Assembly: GCA_035551695.1 (NCBI GenBank)
Contig: DASZMU010000004.1
Coordinates: forward strand, 24,668 to 88,667
DNA: 64,000 nt
Source of the DNA: Solirubrobacteraceae bacterium
Lineage (GTDB): Bacteria; Actinomycetota; Thermoleophilia; Solirubrobacterales; Solirubrobacteraceae
Direction of reading: 5' to 3'
The translations under genes and the position numbers were made by a program. A model generated the notes under the pieces. The model did not search any database. It saw only the letters and a program-made list of their open reading frames with translations, and was not told where the DNA came from. The first letter of the stretch is position 1, and every line of letters begins with the position of its first letter. Positions 1-8,760 of the stretch are shown one piece after another.

Positions 1-402
1 GTCGTCCTCGGTGCCGACCCGCCCGCCCGGGCCGGTGATCCCGGCCATGGCGAGCATCAGCGTTCCTCCGGTTGTCACGAAGGGCTTGTCGGTGCCGATC
101 ACGGTCTCGCCGATCGCCTGCGTGGCCGCCATATCGGCGGAGACCGCGCTCATGTAGTCGCCCGTGAGCATCGCCTCATGCTTGAAGGCGAGGTGGATCA
201 CGCCGTCGGCCTCAGCGGCGGCGGCCCTCAGACCGTCGAGGTCGTCGAGATCGCCGCGGCACACCTCGGCGCCGAGCGCGGCGACGGCCTCAGCGGATGC
301 ATCAGAGCGGGCCAGGCCGACGACCTGGTGGCCGTGGTTGAGAAGTTGGGGGATGACGGCGGAGGCGATGTGGCCTGAGGCGCCGGTTACGAATACGCGC
401 AT
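1..402 (-). CDS. NAD-dependent epimerase/SDR family oxidoreductase (runs off the left edge)
   Basis: Manual translation from ATG at 402: MRVFVTGASGHIASAVIPQLLNHGHQVVGLARS...DGVIHLAF, a Rossmann TGASGxI start; divergent from TetR. Confidence 0.85.
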   Translation of the reverse strand, partial: MRVFVTGASGHIASAVIPQLLNHGHQVVGLARSDASAEAVAALGAEVCRGDLDDLDGLRAAAAEADGVIHLAFKHEAMLTGDYMSAVSADMAATQAIGETVIGTDKPFVTTGGTLMLAMAGITGPGGRVGTEDD

Positions 403-423
403 TGAAATCTCCAGTCGGGAGGC

Positions 424-474
424 GATGTCACTTGGTGTCATCAAGATAGCACGGATGTCACCTGGTGTCATCAA
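424..474. promoter_or_regulatory. Tandem imperfect palindromes, probable TetR operators
   Basis: GATGTCACYTGGTGTCATCAA at 424-444 and 454-474 (30-bp period); extra half-site GATGTCAC at 489-496 overlaps the tetR ATG. Confidence 0.7.
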
Positions 475-489
475 CTACGCTCTGCTCAG

Positions 490-1062
490 ATGTCACGCTG
501 GAAACCAGACGCCCAGGGCCGCCTGATGAGCGCCGCGATCGAACTGTTCGACGAGCAGGGATATGACGCGACGACCGTCGCCGAGATCGCCGAGCGCGCG
601 GGGCTGACGAAGCGCACCTTCTTCCGCTACTTCTCGGACAAGCGGGAGGTGCTGTTCAGCGGCAGCCACGAGCTCCAGCGCCTCTGGCTCGAGGGGGTTG
701 CCGCCGCCCCGGCGGATGCGACTCCGCTCGCAATCGTCGCGGCCGGACTCGATCCGGTCGCGGAGATGTTCACCGAGCGCCACGACTTCGCCCGGATCCG
801 CGCTCAGATCATCGAGGCCAACCCGGAACTGCAGGAGCGCGAGCTGATCAAGCTGCAGAAGCTCGCCGGCGCCATCAAGGCCGCGCTGGTCGAGCGGGGC
901 GTTGCGGCGAACGCGGCGATCCTCTCCGCCCAGGCGGGCGTGACCGTCTTTCACGTGGCCTTCGCCCACTGGGTGGAGCAGGATGACCCGGACGCCTTCC
1001 GGCGACTGATGGACGAATCGCTGGCGGAGCTGCGGTCGGTGACCGCCGCCTCGGCCGCCTAG
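490..1062 (+). CDS. TetR/AcrR family transcriptional regulator
   Basis: GYDATTVAEIAERAGLTKRTFFRYFSDK HTH. Confidence 0.93.
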   Translation: MSRWKPDAQGRLMSAAIELFDEQGYDATTVAEIAERAGLTKRTFFRYFSDKREVLFSGSHELQRLWLEGVAAAPADATPLAIVAAGLDPVAEMFTERHDFARIRAQIIEANPELQERELIKLQKLAGAIKAALVERGVAANAAILSAQAGVTVFHVAFAHWVEQDDPDAFRRLMDESLAELRSVTAASAA

Positions 1063-1907
1063 GCTGCCTGCCCCTCGGCCTCGACGAGGTCGTCCTCCAG
1101 CTGTGCGAAATGGGCGAGTGCCTTCGCTCGCCACCGCTCGTGGCGCGTGACGAACAGGTCATGCGCGGGCCCGCGCGGCCAGTCACTCGGCAGCAGGTCG
1201 GCCGGCAGATCAGGATCCAGGAATGGGAACTTCCGCCAGGCGTGGACGAGCAGCGTCTGCTGGCGGAAGCACGCCTCCGGGGTCAGGGCTCGGACGCCGG
1301 AGAAGTCGTCGATGAACGCCGCGTACTGCTCACGGACGCGCTCCAGGTCCCAGGCGTCGGCGACCAGCTGCTGCGGATTCCCCATGCTGCCGAGCTCGGC
1401 GACGAACGATCGCGCATCGGCGGCCGGCTCGTCGTTGATCGCAGCCGCCAGTTCGCCCTCCCGCTCGACGTGGGGGGTCAGCCACAGGCCGCCCCCCAAC
1501 GAGCCGAGCCCGGCCCATGCCAGCCGCGAGCGGACCTGATGCCGGACGGCGCGTCTCTCCTCAGGCACGCGAAGCACGACGAGCAGCCATCGTCCGTCCC
1601 ACTCCCAGGGCTGGGCGAACGAGTAGATGCGCTCCGCGCCGGCACGGAGGAACTCGGAAGTCCGCGGGGTGAGGGTCATGCGCGCCCGGCGGCCGCGGCG
1701 CTCGGTCGACAGCCAGCCGTCCCGGGCGCTTCGAGACAGCGCCTGTCGCGCCGTCTGCTCGGTGTAGCCGAGCGACACCATGGCGGCGACGAGCGTCTCC
1801 TGCCACACCCCGTCCGGGCGGAGCAGGACGTATTCGCCGAGCACGGTCAGCAGGAGCGAGCGCGCCGCCGGCGCGCCGACCGATCGTCGTCTGAGCTGGT
1901 CGTCCAT
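1059..1907 (-). CDS. paaX: PaaX family transcriptional regulator
   Basis: ARSLLLTVLGEYV, WDGRWLLV, LVHAWRKFPFLDPDLPADLLPSDWP; start uncertain (ORF extends to 1982). Confidence 0.88.
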   Translation of the reverse strand: MDDQLRRRSVGAPAARSLLLTVLGEYVLLRPDGVWQETLVAAMVSLGYTEQTARQALSRSARDGWLSTERRGRRARMTLTPRTSEFLRAGAERIYSFAQPWEWDGRWLLVVLRVPEERRAVRHQVRSRLAWAGLGSLGGGLWLTPHVEREGELAAAINDEPAADARSFVAELGSMGNPQQLVADAWDLERVREQYAAFIDDFSGVRALTPEACFRQQTLLVHAWRKFPFLDPDLPADLLPSDWPRGPAHDLFVTRHERWRAKALAHFAQLEDDLVEAEGQAA

Positions 1908-1929
1908 CGCGGCGACGACAGTAGCGACG

Positions 1930-2112
1930 TCACCCGCGAGTCGGCGGCTCGCCGGACGCCGGCGATGTCTCGAAGTCGTCACGTACCGCCTCGAAGTGGG
2001 TGTTGCAGCTGCGGCAGCGGAGCTGGCTGGTGATCAGCTGGCCGCCCCACGCCGACACCGTCTCGATGTCGGTCGAGTCACAGAACGGGCAGCGCAGGGC
2101 GCCGAGGGTCAT
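1930..2112 (-). CDS. Stand-alone PaaD-type C-terminal zinc ribbon protein (60 aa)
   Basis: CPFCDS...CRSCNTHFE; ATG overlaps the upstream stop (ATGA). Confidence 0.8.
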   Translation of the reverse strand: MTLGALRCPFCDSTDIETVSAWGGQLITSQLRCRSCNTHFEAVRDDFETSPASGEPPTRG

Positions 2113-2813
2113 CGGCGGTACCCCTCGTCCCACTCCGACCAGTCGGCCGGATCCAGGAGCGCGAGCCCGGCGCCCTCCCGCTCGAGCAGCGCCGACAGCC
2201 AATCCCTCACCTGGCCGCGGATAAAGGCCGGCCCCTCGCTCACCATGCCGCCGGCGACGGCAGCGGCGTAGCCGGCATCGTCGGCCGGCCCGGGCCACTG
2301 CGCGGCCTGCGCCCACATCTCGTCGATGCGCCGGCGCAGCAGCTCGCGGTCGGCGCCGCCCGCCCGGCAGATGCGCTTCAGCCAGGCTTCGGCGTGCACG
2401 CGGTGGGCGCCCTCTTCCTGGAGGATCTTGCGCGCCCGCTGAGCGAGTGGTTCGATGCAGCTATCGCGCGAGGTGGCGACGAACGTCGTCAGGATGGCGT
2501 CGACGACGAGGTTGGCAGCGATCACCGAGGCCCAGTCGGGCAGCTCGCGCTCGATGATGTGCAGCGGATGCCCGCCGCCGAGTCCCTCATCCTCGCGCTG
2601 CACCCCCAGCTTGGCCAGCACCGGGTAGGTCGAGCGCGCGTGGCCGAGCTCGTCCTGGGCCATCGCCGCGGCGGCGACGGCCGATTCGATGCTGGGCGCG
2701 CTCACGGCCCACTCGCCGTAGCGCCGCCCCAGCGCGCCCTTGTTGTCGGCCAGCGAGCCGATCAGCGAGATCATCGTGGCCGTGGCGGCGTCGACGGACG
2801 GAGTGGTGCTCAT
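2109..2813 (-). CDS. PaaC-like ferritin-fold subunit of an aryl-CoA epoxidase
   Basis: LADNK, APSIE, QDELGH, QEEGAH; operon context. Confidence 0.82.
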   Translation of the reverse strand: MSTTPSVDAATATMISLIGSLADNKGALGRRYGEWAVSAPSIESAVAAAAMAQDELGHARSTYPVLAKLGVQREDEGLGGGHPLHIIERELPDWASVIAANLVVDAILTTFVATSRDSCIEPLAQRARKILQEEGAHRVHAEAWLKRICRAGGADRELLRRRIDEMWAQAAQWPGPADDAGYAAAVAGGMVSEGPAFIRGQVRDWLSALLEREGAGLALLDPADWSEWDEGYRR

Positions 2814-3007
2814 GCGCGGATCGCCTCCCGGATCTCGTTGCGAGGCACGAGGATCATGTGGATCCAGGGCTGTTCGTCGTAGATGGCGCGCGCGGACACG
2901 AGGGCCAGGTCCTCGTCTGACTCCGTGACGGTGCCGACGTGGTGCAGCGGCTCCTCGTAGGCCGCCCGCGCGAACACCTCCCAGACCGTCTCCCCAGCCC
3001 GGCTCAT
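2810..3007 (-). CDS. PaaB-like small subunit
   Basis: VWEVFAR...HHVGTV...LALVSARAIY; translationally coupled. Confidence 0.8.
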   Translation of the reverse strand: MSRAGETVWEVFARAAYEEPLHHVGTVTESDEDLALVSARAIYDEQPWIHMILVPRNEIREAIRA

Positions 3008-3081
3008 GGTCCAACCTCGCCCCGGGAGTTTCGCGCAGCGAAACTCCCGACGGGATCCGCTATAGCCGATCCCGCGCTCAT
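3004..3081 (-). repeat. MIRU-like translated double-hairpin insert (25-codon ORF)
   Basis: Perfect 12-bp stem 3023-3049 and second palindrome 3051-3074; ATGA overlaps at both ends. Confidence 0.6.
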
Positions 3082-3422
3082 ACGAGAATTCCCAGTCGCC
3101 GCATGGTCTCGCGCGCATCGGCGCGGATGCGATCCTTCGTCCACACCGGGTCCCAGACCACCTCGATGTCGACCGCCTCGATGTCCGGGTCGGCCAGCAG
3201 CGCCTCTCGGATGTCGTCCTCGATGAAGTCGGTCGCCGGGCAACCCATCGCCGTGTAGGTGATCTGCAGGTCGGCGGTCCGATCATGCGGTCGATACCCC
3301 ACCGCGACGATCAGCCCCATGCCGACCAGCGAGACGGGGATCTCCGGATCATCGACGTGACGCAGCGCCTCCCAGATCCGGGCCTCGACCTGCTCGCGCT
3401 CGCTCAAACCAGCGACACTCAT
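3078..3422 (-). CDS. PaaD N-terminal/DUF59 metal-sulfur cluster assembly protein
   Basis: VDDPEIPVSLVGMGLI, TAMGCPA, VWDPVWT. Confidence 0.87.
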   Translation of the reverse strand: MSVAGLSEREQVEARIWEALRHVDDPEIPVSLVGMGLIVAVGYRPHDRTADLQITYTAMGCPATDFIEDDIREALLADPDIEAVDIEVVWDPVWTKDRIRADARETMRRLGILV

Positions 3423-4381
3423 GTCGCCCGTCTCAGCGTGGTGGTCTGGTAGCCGCGCTGCAGGGTCGCGACGTAGTCGCGGTTCATCGGGCCCCGGCGC
3501 CGCCACCGGGACTGCACGTCCGTCCACTCGATCGCGCCGTCGTCAAGCCGCCACTCGCGCTTGTCCTCCTCGAACTGCGCCGGAAACGGGCAATCGATGA
3601 CATACACGTCCCGCTCGGAGTCGAGATGGGCCGGCACCTCGATGCCGATCTCCTCCATGAACGGCACCACCTCCCGCATCCAGTCCTGGCGCAGCTGGTC
3701 ATTGGACTTGCCCTTGAAGCCGTAATCGAGCTGCTCGGCGTGCTTCTTCTGACCGTCGGGCAGCCCGAACCACTCGAGCGTGAGGATGAACATCCAGTCG
3801 ACCGCCGCCTGCACGTGGGCGCGTCCCTCGGGGTCCCTGCACAGTTTCTTCAGCCATGTGCGGCCGTGGCGCAGATGGAACGTCTCCTCCTTGTCGACCT
3901 TGGCCAGCGCCCGCTTCCAGGGCCCGAACGTGCTGGACTGAAACACGTCGGACAGCAGCACGAAACCGGCCTGGTCGTACAGCGCGTTGGCGCACACGAG
4001 CTCCACCCATGAGTTGAGCGGCACGTCGAACGCGTACGGGTACTTGAACTGCTCGGCCGGCCGCTCGTAGATGAGCCAGTCCATGTCGACGCCGAGATCG
4101 CCGAGCAGCCGGTAGCCGATGTGCGCGTGAGCCAGCTCGTCCTGGATGATCGACATCGCCGAGCCGAAGTTGTTGAGCGCCGGAGCGTGCTGAGCCGCGC
4201 GCAGATACGACGGCGCGCTGACGAACTCGGTGTCGGCGGAGACGGTCAGGATGCGCCGCATCCCCTCCAGGTACTTGGGCGACATGTGCTGCAGCCCCTC
4301 CACGAGCTTGCCGGCGGCGAGGTGCTCCTGGACCTGGCTCTCGGTCAGCGGCGCGAGCTCTTCAACGGCGGTGGCGACCAT
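3419..4381 (-). CDS. PaaA-like diiron catalytic subunit of an aryl-CoA epoxidase (divergent)
   Basis: Diiron ligand set ADTE, QDELAH, YD, EETFH; GFKGKSNDQLRQ resembles the PaaA C-terminal motif. Confidence 0.85.
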   Translation of the reverse strand: MVATAVEELAPLTESQVQEHLAAGKLVEGLQHMSPKYLEGMRRILTVSADTEFVSAPSYLRAAQHAPALNNFGSAMSIIQDELAHAHIGYRLLGDLGVDMDWLIYERPAEQFKYPYAFDVPLNSWVELVCANALYDQAGFVLLSDVFQSSTFGPWKRALAKVDKEETFHLRHGRTWLKKLCRDPEGRAHVQAAVDWMFILTLEWFGLPDGQKKHAEQLDYGFKGKSNDQLRQDWMREVVPFMEEIGIEVPAHLDSERDVYVIDCPFPAQFEEDKREWRLDDGAIEWTDVQSRWRRRGPMNRDYVATLQRGYQTTTLRRAT

Positions 4382-4406
4382 CGGGTGCCTTTCGCAGGTA
4401 TGACAC

Positions 4407-4451
4407 TTGACTTACGCTCGGCAGCGTATAGTCTTTCGACGGTGAGGTCAA
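4407..4451. promoter_or_regulatory. Overlapping divergent sigma70-type promoters with central palindrome
   Basis: + strand TTGACT(4407)-N16-TAGTCT; - strand TTGACC(4451)-N17-TACGCT; inverted repeat TACGCT-cggc-AGCGTA 4413-4428 (possible PaaX site). Confidence 0.55.
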
Positions 4452-4518
4452 GCGACGAGGGAGCACGGATTCCGGGCGACGCTCGTGGTCGCCGAGAGCC
4501 GGAGGTCGCGCGCCGCTG

Positions 4519-5067
4519 ATGGCGACGATCGTCGAACTCGACGGTGTCGCGCCCTCGGTCGGCGAGGGCGTGTTCCTGGCGCCGACCGCGGTGCTTGTGG
4601 GTGACGTGCGCGTCGGCGACCGAGCCAACATCTGGTTCGGTGCGGTCCTGCGCGGCGACACGTCCCACATCGAGATCGGCGAGGAGTGCTCGATCCAGGA
4701 CAACGTGGTGATCCACTGCGCCCATGACCTCCCGACCGTGCTGGGCGCACGTGTCACCGTCGGCCATGGCGCGCTGCTCGAGGGCTGCGTCGTCGACGAC
4801 GAGGCGCTGATCGGCATGGGCGCGATCGTGCTCCAGCGCGCGCACGTCGGCGCCGGCGCGATGGTGGCCGCCGGAGCGCTGGTGCCGGAACGCGCGCAGG
4901 TGACGCCGGGGGTGCTGGCCGCCGGGGTGCCGGCCCGGGAGAAGAAGGCGCTGTCCGGCTCGGCCCTCAACTGGACACGACGCGCCGCCGACGAGTACCA
5001 GCAGTACAGCAAGCGATACATGACCGCGAGCCGCGTGCGCGTCTCAGACGACGCGCGGATCGCCTGA
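4519..5067 (+). CDS. Gamma carbonic anhydrase/PaaY-like hexapeptide repeat protein
   Basis: IWFGAVLRGD, SIQDNVVIH, VTVGHGALLEGC. Confidence 0.9.
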   Translation: MATIVELDGVAPSVGEGVFLAPTAVLVGDVRVGDRANIWFGAVLRGDTSHIEIGEECSIQDNVVIHCAHDLPTVLGARVTVGHGALLEGCVVDDEALIGMGAIVLQRAHVGAGAMVAAGALVPERAQVTPGVLAAGVPAREKKALSGSALNWTRRAADEYQQYSKRYMTASRVRVSDDARIA

Positions 5068-5084
5068 ACCCCGAGGAGGACCCC

Positions 5085-6533
5085 GTGCCCGAGATGCTGA
5101 TCGGAGGCGAGTGGCGCCAGGCGACCGCCCACGAGGAGATCGAGGTCGTCAATCCCGCCACCGAAGAGGTGGTCGCCCGCGTTCCGGCCGGATCGCCCGA
5201 GGACGTCGAGCTGGCGATGGCCACGGCTCATCGGGCGTTTGCGGACTGGTCGCGCACCGATGTCGAGAAGCGTGCGGCGATCCTCGCGGCAGCGGCCGAC
5301 CTGATCCACCAGAACGCGAAGGCCCTGGCGGCGACGCTGACCGCCGAGCAGGGCAAGCCGCTCGCCGAGGCGGTCGGCGAGGTCAACCATCTCGCCCACG
5401 GCCTCCGGTTCTACGCCGAGGCCGCGACCAAGGTGCGTGGGGCGTATCAAGAGCTGCCGTCGGCGTTCGGGCCCGCGTACGGGATGGTCATCCGCCGGCC
5501 GATGGGCGTCTGCGCAGCGATCACGCCGTACAACTTCCCGCTGACGCTGCTGGGCACCAAGGTGGCGCCCGCGCTGGCTGCCGGCAACACCGTCGTGGCC
5601 AAGCCGGCGGCGACGACGCCGCTGGCGACGCTGGAGGTCGCCCGCCTGTTCAGCGAAGCCGGCGTCCCCGACGGGGTGCTCAACGTCGTCACCGGACGGG
5701 GCTCGGTGATCGGCGACGCGCTCGTCTCCCACCCTGACGTGCGGCGGGTGGCGTTCACCGGCTCAACCGAGGTCGGACGGCACGTCGCCAAGCTGGCGGC
5801 GCCTGACCTCAAGCGCCTCTCGCTCGAGCTCGGCGGGTCAGACCCCGTGATCGTCTGCGCCGACGCCGACGTCGACGCGGCGGTCAAGGCGGTGATCATC
5901 GGCCGCTATTGGAACGCCGGGCAGGCGTGCCTCGGATGCAAGCGCGTTTTCGTCCAGGACTCGGTCTACGACGCGTTCGTCTCCCAGCTGGTGGAGCGCG
6001 TCGGCCGGTATGAGCCCGGTGACGGGACGGTCAAGGCGGAGAAGCCGCGGCTGCGCATGGGGCCGATCCACACCCGGGCCGGCCGCGACGAGCTGTTGGA
6101 GCAGATCAAGAGCGGGGTCTCGTCCGGCGGCGAACTGCTGATCGGAGGCGGAACGGGATCGAGCGACTGCGGCTGGTTCCTGGAGCCGGCCGTCATCGCC
6201 GAGCCGTCCGAGCACTCTCGGCTGATGACCGAGGAGGTGTTCGGACCGGTGCTCCCCGTGATGCGGTTCACCGACTTCGACGACGCGATCAGACGCGCCA
6301 ACGACACCCGGTACGGGCTCGGCTCCTCGATCTGGACCCACGACGCCCGTCTCATCCACCGCGCCGCCCAGGAGATCGACGCCGGCATGACGTGGGTCAA
6401 CCAGATCCATTACGGCTACGACGAGTTGCCGTTCGGCGGCATGAAGGCATCCGGCGTCGGCAAGGAGCACGGCATCGACGCGCTCGACTCCTACGTCGAG
6501 CTCAAGTCCGTCGTGGTGGGAGGGCTGGCCTGA
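5085..6533 (+). CDS. Aldehyde dehydrogenase
   Basis: PYNFP, FTGST, LELGG, NAGQAC, EEVFGP, PFGG. Confidence 0.93.
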   Translation: MPEMLIGGEWRQATAHEEIEVVNPATEEVVARVPAGSPEDVELAMATAHRAFADWSRTDVEKRAAILAAAADLIHQNAKALAATLTAEQGKPLAEAVGEVNHLAHGLRFYAEAATKVRGAYQELPSAFGPAYGMVIRRPMGVCAAITPYNFPLTLLGTKVAPALAAGNTVVAKPAATTPLATLEVARLFSEAGVPDGVLNVVTGRGSVIGDALVSHPDVRRVAFTGSTEVGRHVAKLAAPDLKRLSLELGGSDPVIVCADADVDAAVKAVIIGRYWNAGQACLGCKRVFVQDSVYDAFVSQLVERVGRYEPGDGTVKAEKPRLRMGPIHTRAGRDELLEQIKSGVSSGGELLIGGGTGSSDCGWFLEPAVIAEPSEHSRLMTEEVFGPVLPVMRFTDFDDAIRRANDTRYGLGSSIWTHDARLIHRAAQEIDAGMTWVNQIHYGYDELPFGGMKASGVGKEHGIDALDSYVELKSVVVGGLA

Positions 6534-7303
6534 TGAGCGTCGCCTTCGAGCACCACGACGGCGTCGGCTCGATCACCCTCGACAACCCGCCGGCCAACTC
6601 CTACGACGTCCAGGTCATGTCCGAGTTCGGCGCCGCCGTCGACGACGCCATCGACTCAGGCGCCCGCGCCGTGATCGTCCGCAGCGCGTCGGAGAAGTTC
6701 TTCTCGGCCGGCGCCGACGTCAAGAAGTTCCTGGCCGGGAACGTCGCCGCCAACATGGAGATGATCGGCATCAGTCAGGCGGCGTTCCGGCGAATGGCGG
6801 AAGCCGATGCGGTGTTCATCGCGCACGTCGGCGGCCACGCCCTGGGAGGCGGATTGGAGATCGCCCTGGCCTGCGACGTCCGCCTGGCGACGGCGGGACG
6901 GTACAAACTCGGCACGCCGGAGGTGACATTGGGGCTGTTGCCCGGCAACGGCGGTACCCAGCGACTGACGCGGCTCCTCGGACCCTCCCGGGCGATGCAC
7001 CTGCTGCTGACCGGACGGACCTTCTCGCCGACGGAGGCGTACGACTGGGGGCTGGTCGCCGAGCTCTACGACCCTGAGGATGCCGACGACCGCGTCCGCG
7101 CGTACGCCGCTCAGCTTGCCCACGGACCGGCACTGGCCATCGCGGCGATCAAGCGCTGCGTCCATGAGGGAGGCGAGATGTCGCTGTCCGAAGGGCTGGC
7201 CCTCGAGGCCGAGCTGATTGAGCAGCTGTTCGGTTCACAGGACGCCCGCGAGGGGCTGCATGCGTTCGTCGACAAGCGCATGCCGGAGTTCGTCGGGGCA
7301 TGA
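6533..7303 (+). CDS. Enoyl-CoA hydratase/isomerase family protein
   Basis: FSAGAD, GHALGGGLEIALACD, PEVTLGLLPGNGGTQRL. Confidence 0.92.
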   Translation: MSVAFEHHDGVGSITLDNPPANSYDVQVMSEFGAAVDDAIDSGARAVIVRSASEKFFSAGADVKKFLAGNVAANMEMIGISQAAFRRMAEADAVFIAHVGGHALGGGLEIALACDVRLATAGRYKLGTPEVTLGLLPGNGGTQRLTRLLGPSRAMHLLLTGRTFSPTEAYDWGLVAELYDPEDADDRVRAYAAQLAHGPALAIAAIKRCVHEGGEMSLSEGLALEAELIEQLFGSQDAREGLHAFVDKRMPEFVGA

Positions 7304-8760
7304 GCACCGAGACGACCATCGCCTACGCCGGTTCGTTCATCGACGGCCGCGAGCACGCCAACGGCGGCCCGCCGCTTCCGGTCACCAACCCGGCGACAGG
7401 GGAGGTGTTCGCGGCGGTCGCAGGCGGCACCGCGGGCGACGTCGACGTCGCCGTCGGCGCAGCCCGGCGCGCGTTCGCCGGCTGGTCGGCGCTCGCCGTC
7501 AGCAACCGCGGCGAGATCCTCGGCCGGGCCGCCCACCACGTCGAGCACCACCTGGAGGAGCTCATCCCGGTCCTGACGCGGGAGCAGGGCAAGACGCTGC
7601 GCGACTCGCGGATCGAGCTGACCAAGGCCGTCGAGACCCTGATGCACTACGCCGGCCTGTCCAAGGCGCTGCGCGGCGCCCACGCGCCCAACCTCGATCC
7701 GGGCGTCGACGGGATCGTGCTCCGCCGGCCGCTCGGGGTCGTCGGCGCGATCGTGCCCTGGAACTTCCCCACGACGCTGCTGTGCAACAAGCTCGCGCCG
7801 GCGCTCGTCGCCGGCAATACGGTCGTCGCCAAGCCAGCGGGGACGACGCCGTTGACCACGCTACGGTTCTGCGAGCTGCTGTGCGAGGGCGGCCTGCCGG
7901 CGGGCGCGTTCAACGTCGTGACCGGCAGCGGAGCGGGCACCGGCACCGCGCTGGTCGCCCACCCCCACGTCCGCAAGATCGCGTTCACCGGCTCGACGCC
8001 GGTCGGCGAGCAGATCATGGCGCTCGCCGCCCGCGGGATGAAGCGGGTGACGCTTGAGCTCGGCGGGTCGGACCCCATGATCATCTGCGACGACGCCGAC
8101 CTGGACGCGGCCGCGTCGGCCGCCTCGATGGGGCGGTTCTACAACTGCGGCCAGGCCTGCCTGGCGATCAAGCGCGTCTACGTGTTCGACGCCGTCGCCG
8201 ATCAGGTGATCGAGGCGATCACGGCCAAGGCCAAGCGGCTGAAGGTCGGCCCCGGCGACGCCGAGGGCTCCCAGATGGGCCCGTTGCACACCGCTGCCCA
8301 GCGCGACGAGGTCGCGGGCCAGGTGGAGCGGACCCTGGCCGCCGGCGGTTCGCTCGCCGCCGGGGGCGGTCCGCCGGACGCTGGGGAGCTCGAGGGTGGC
8401 TTCTTCTACCTGCCGACGGTCGTCGTCGATCCTCCCCACGACACGCCGATGGCCACCGAGGAGGTGTTCGGCCCGGCTTTGCCGATCTGGCGGGTGACCG
8501 ATCTCGACGAGGCGATCGAGCGTGCGAACGCGTCGCAGTTCGGGCTCGGCTCTTCGGTCTGGACGCGCGACCTCCAGCGGGCGCGGCACGCGGCCGAGCG
8601 GATCGAAGCCGGCTACACGTGGGTCAACTCCCGAACCAAGGTCTACGACGAGCTCCCGTTCGGCGGCTGGAAGTCCAGCGGCTACGGCAAAGAGCACGGC
8701 ACCGAGGCCTTCGACTACTACACGGAGTCAAAGTCGGTCGTGTTTGGCAACCAGGCGTGA
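7300..8760 (+). CDS. Aldehyde dehydrogenase (paralog of 5085-6533)
   Basis: PWNFP, FTGST, LELGGSDP, NCGQAC, EEVFGP. Confidence 0.93.
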   Translation: MSTETTIAYAGSFIDGREHANGGPPLPVTNPATGEVFAAVAGGTAGDVDVAVGAARRAFAGWSALAVSNRGEILGRAAHHVEHHLEELIPVLTREQGKTLRDSRIELTKAVETLMHYAGLSKALRGAHAPNLDPGVDGIVLRRPLGVVGAIVPWNFPTTLLCNKLAPALVAGNTVVAKPAGTTPLTTLRFCELLCEGGLPAGAFNVVTGSGAGTGTALVAHPHVRKIAFTGSTPVGEQIMALAARGMKRVTLELGGSDPMIICDDADLDAAASAASMGRFYNCGQACLAIKRVYVFDAVADQVIEAITAKAKRLKVGPGDAEGSQMGPLHTAAQRDEVAGQVERTLAAGGSLAAGGGPPDAGELEGGFFYLPTVVVDPPHDTPMATEEVFGPALPIWRVTDLDEAIERANASQFGLGSSVWTRDLQRARHAAERIEAGYTWVNSRTKVYDELPFGGWKSSGYGKEHGTEAFDYYTESKSVVFGNQA

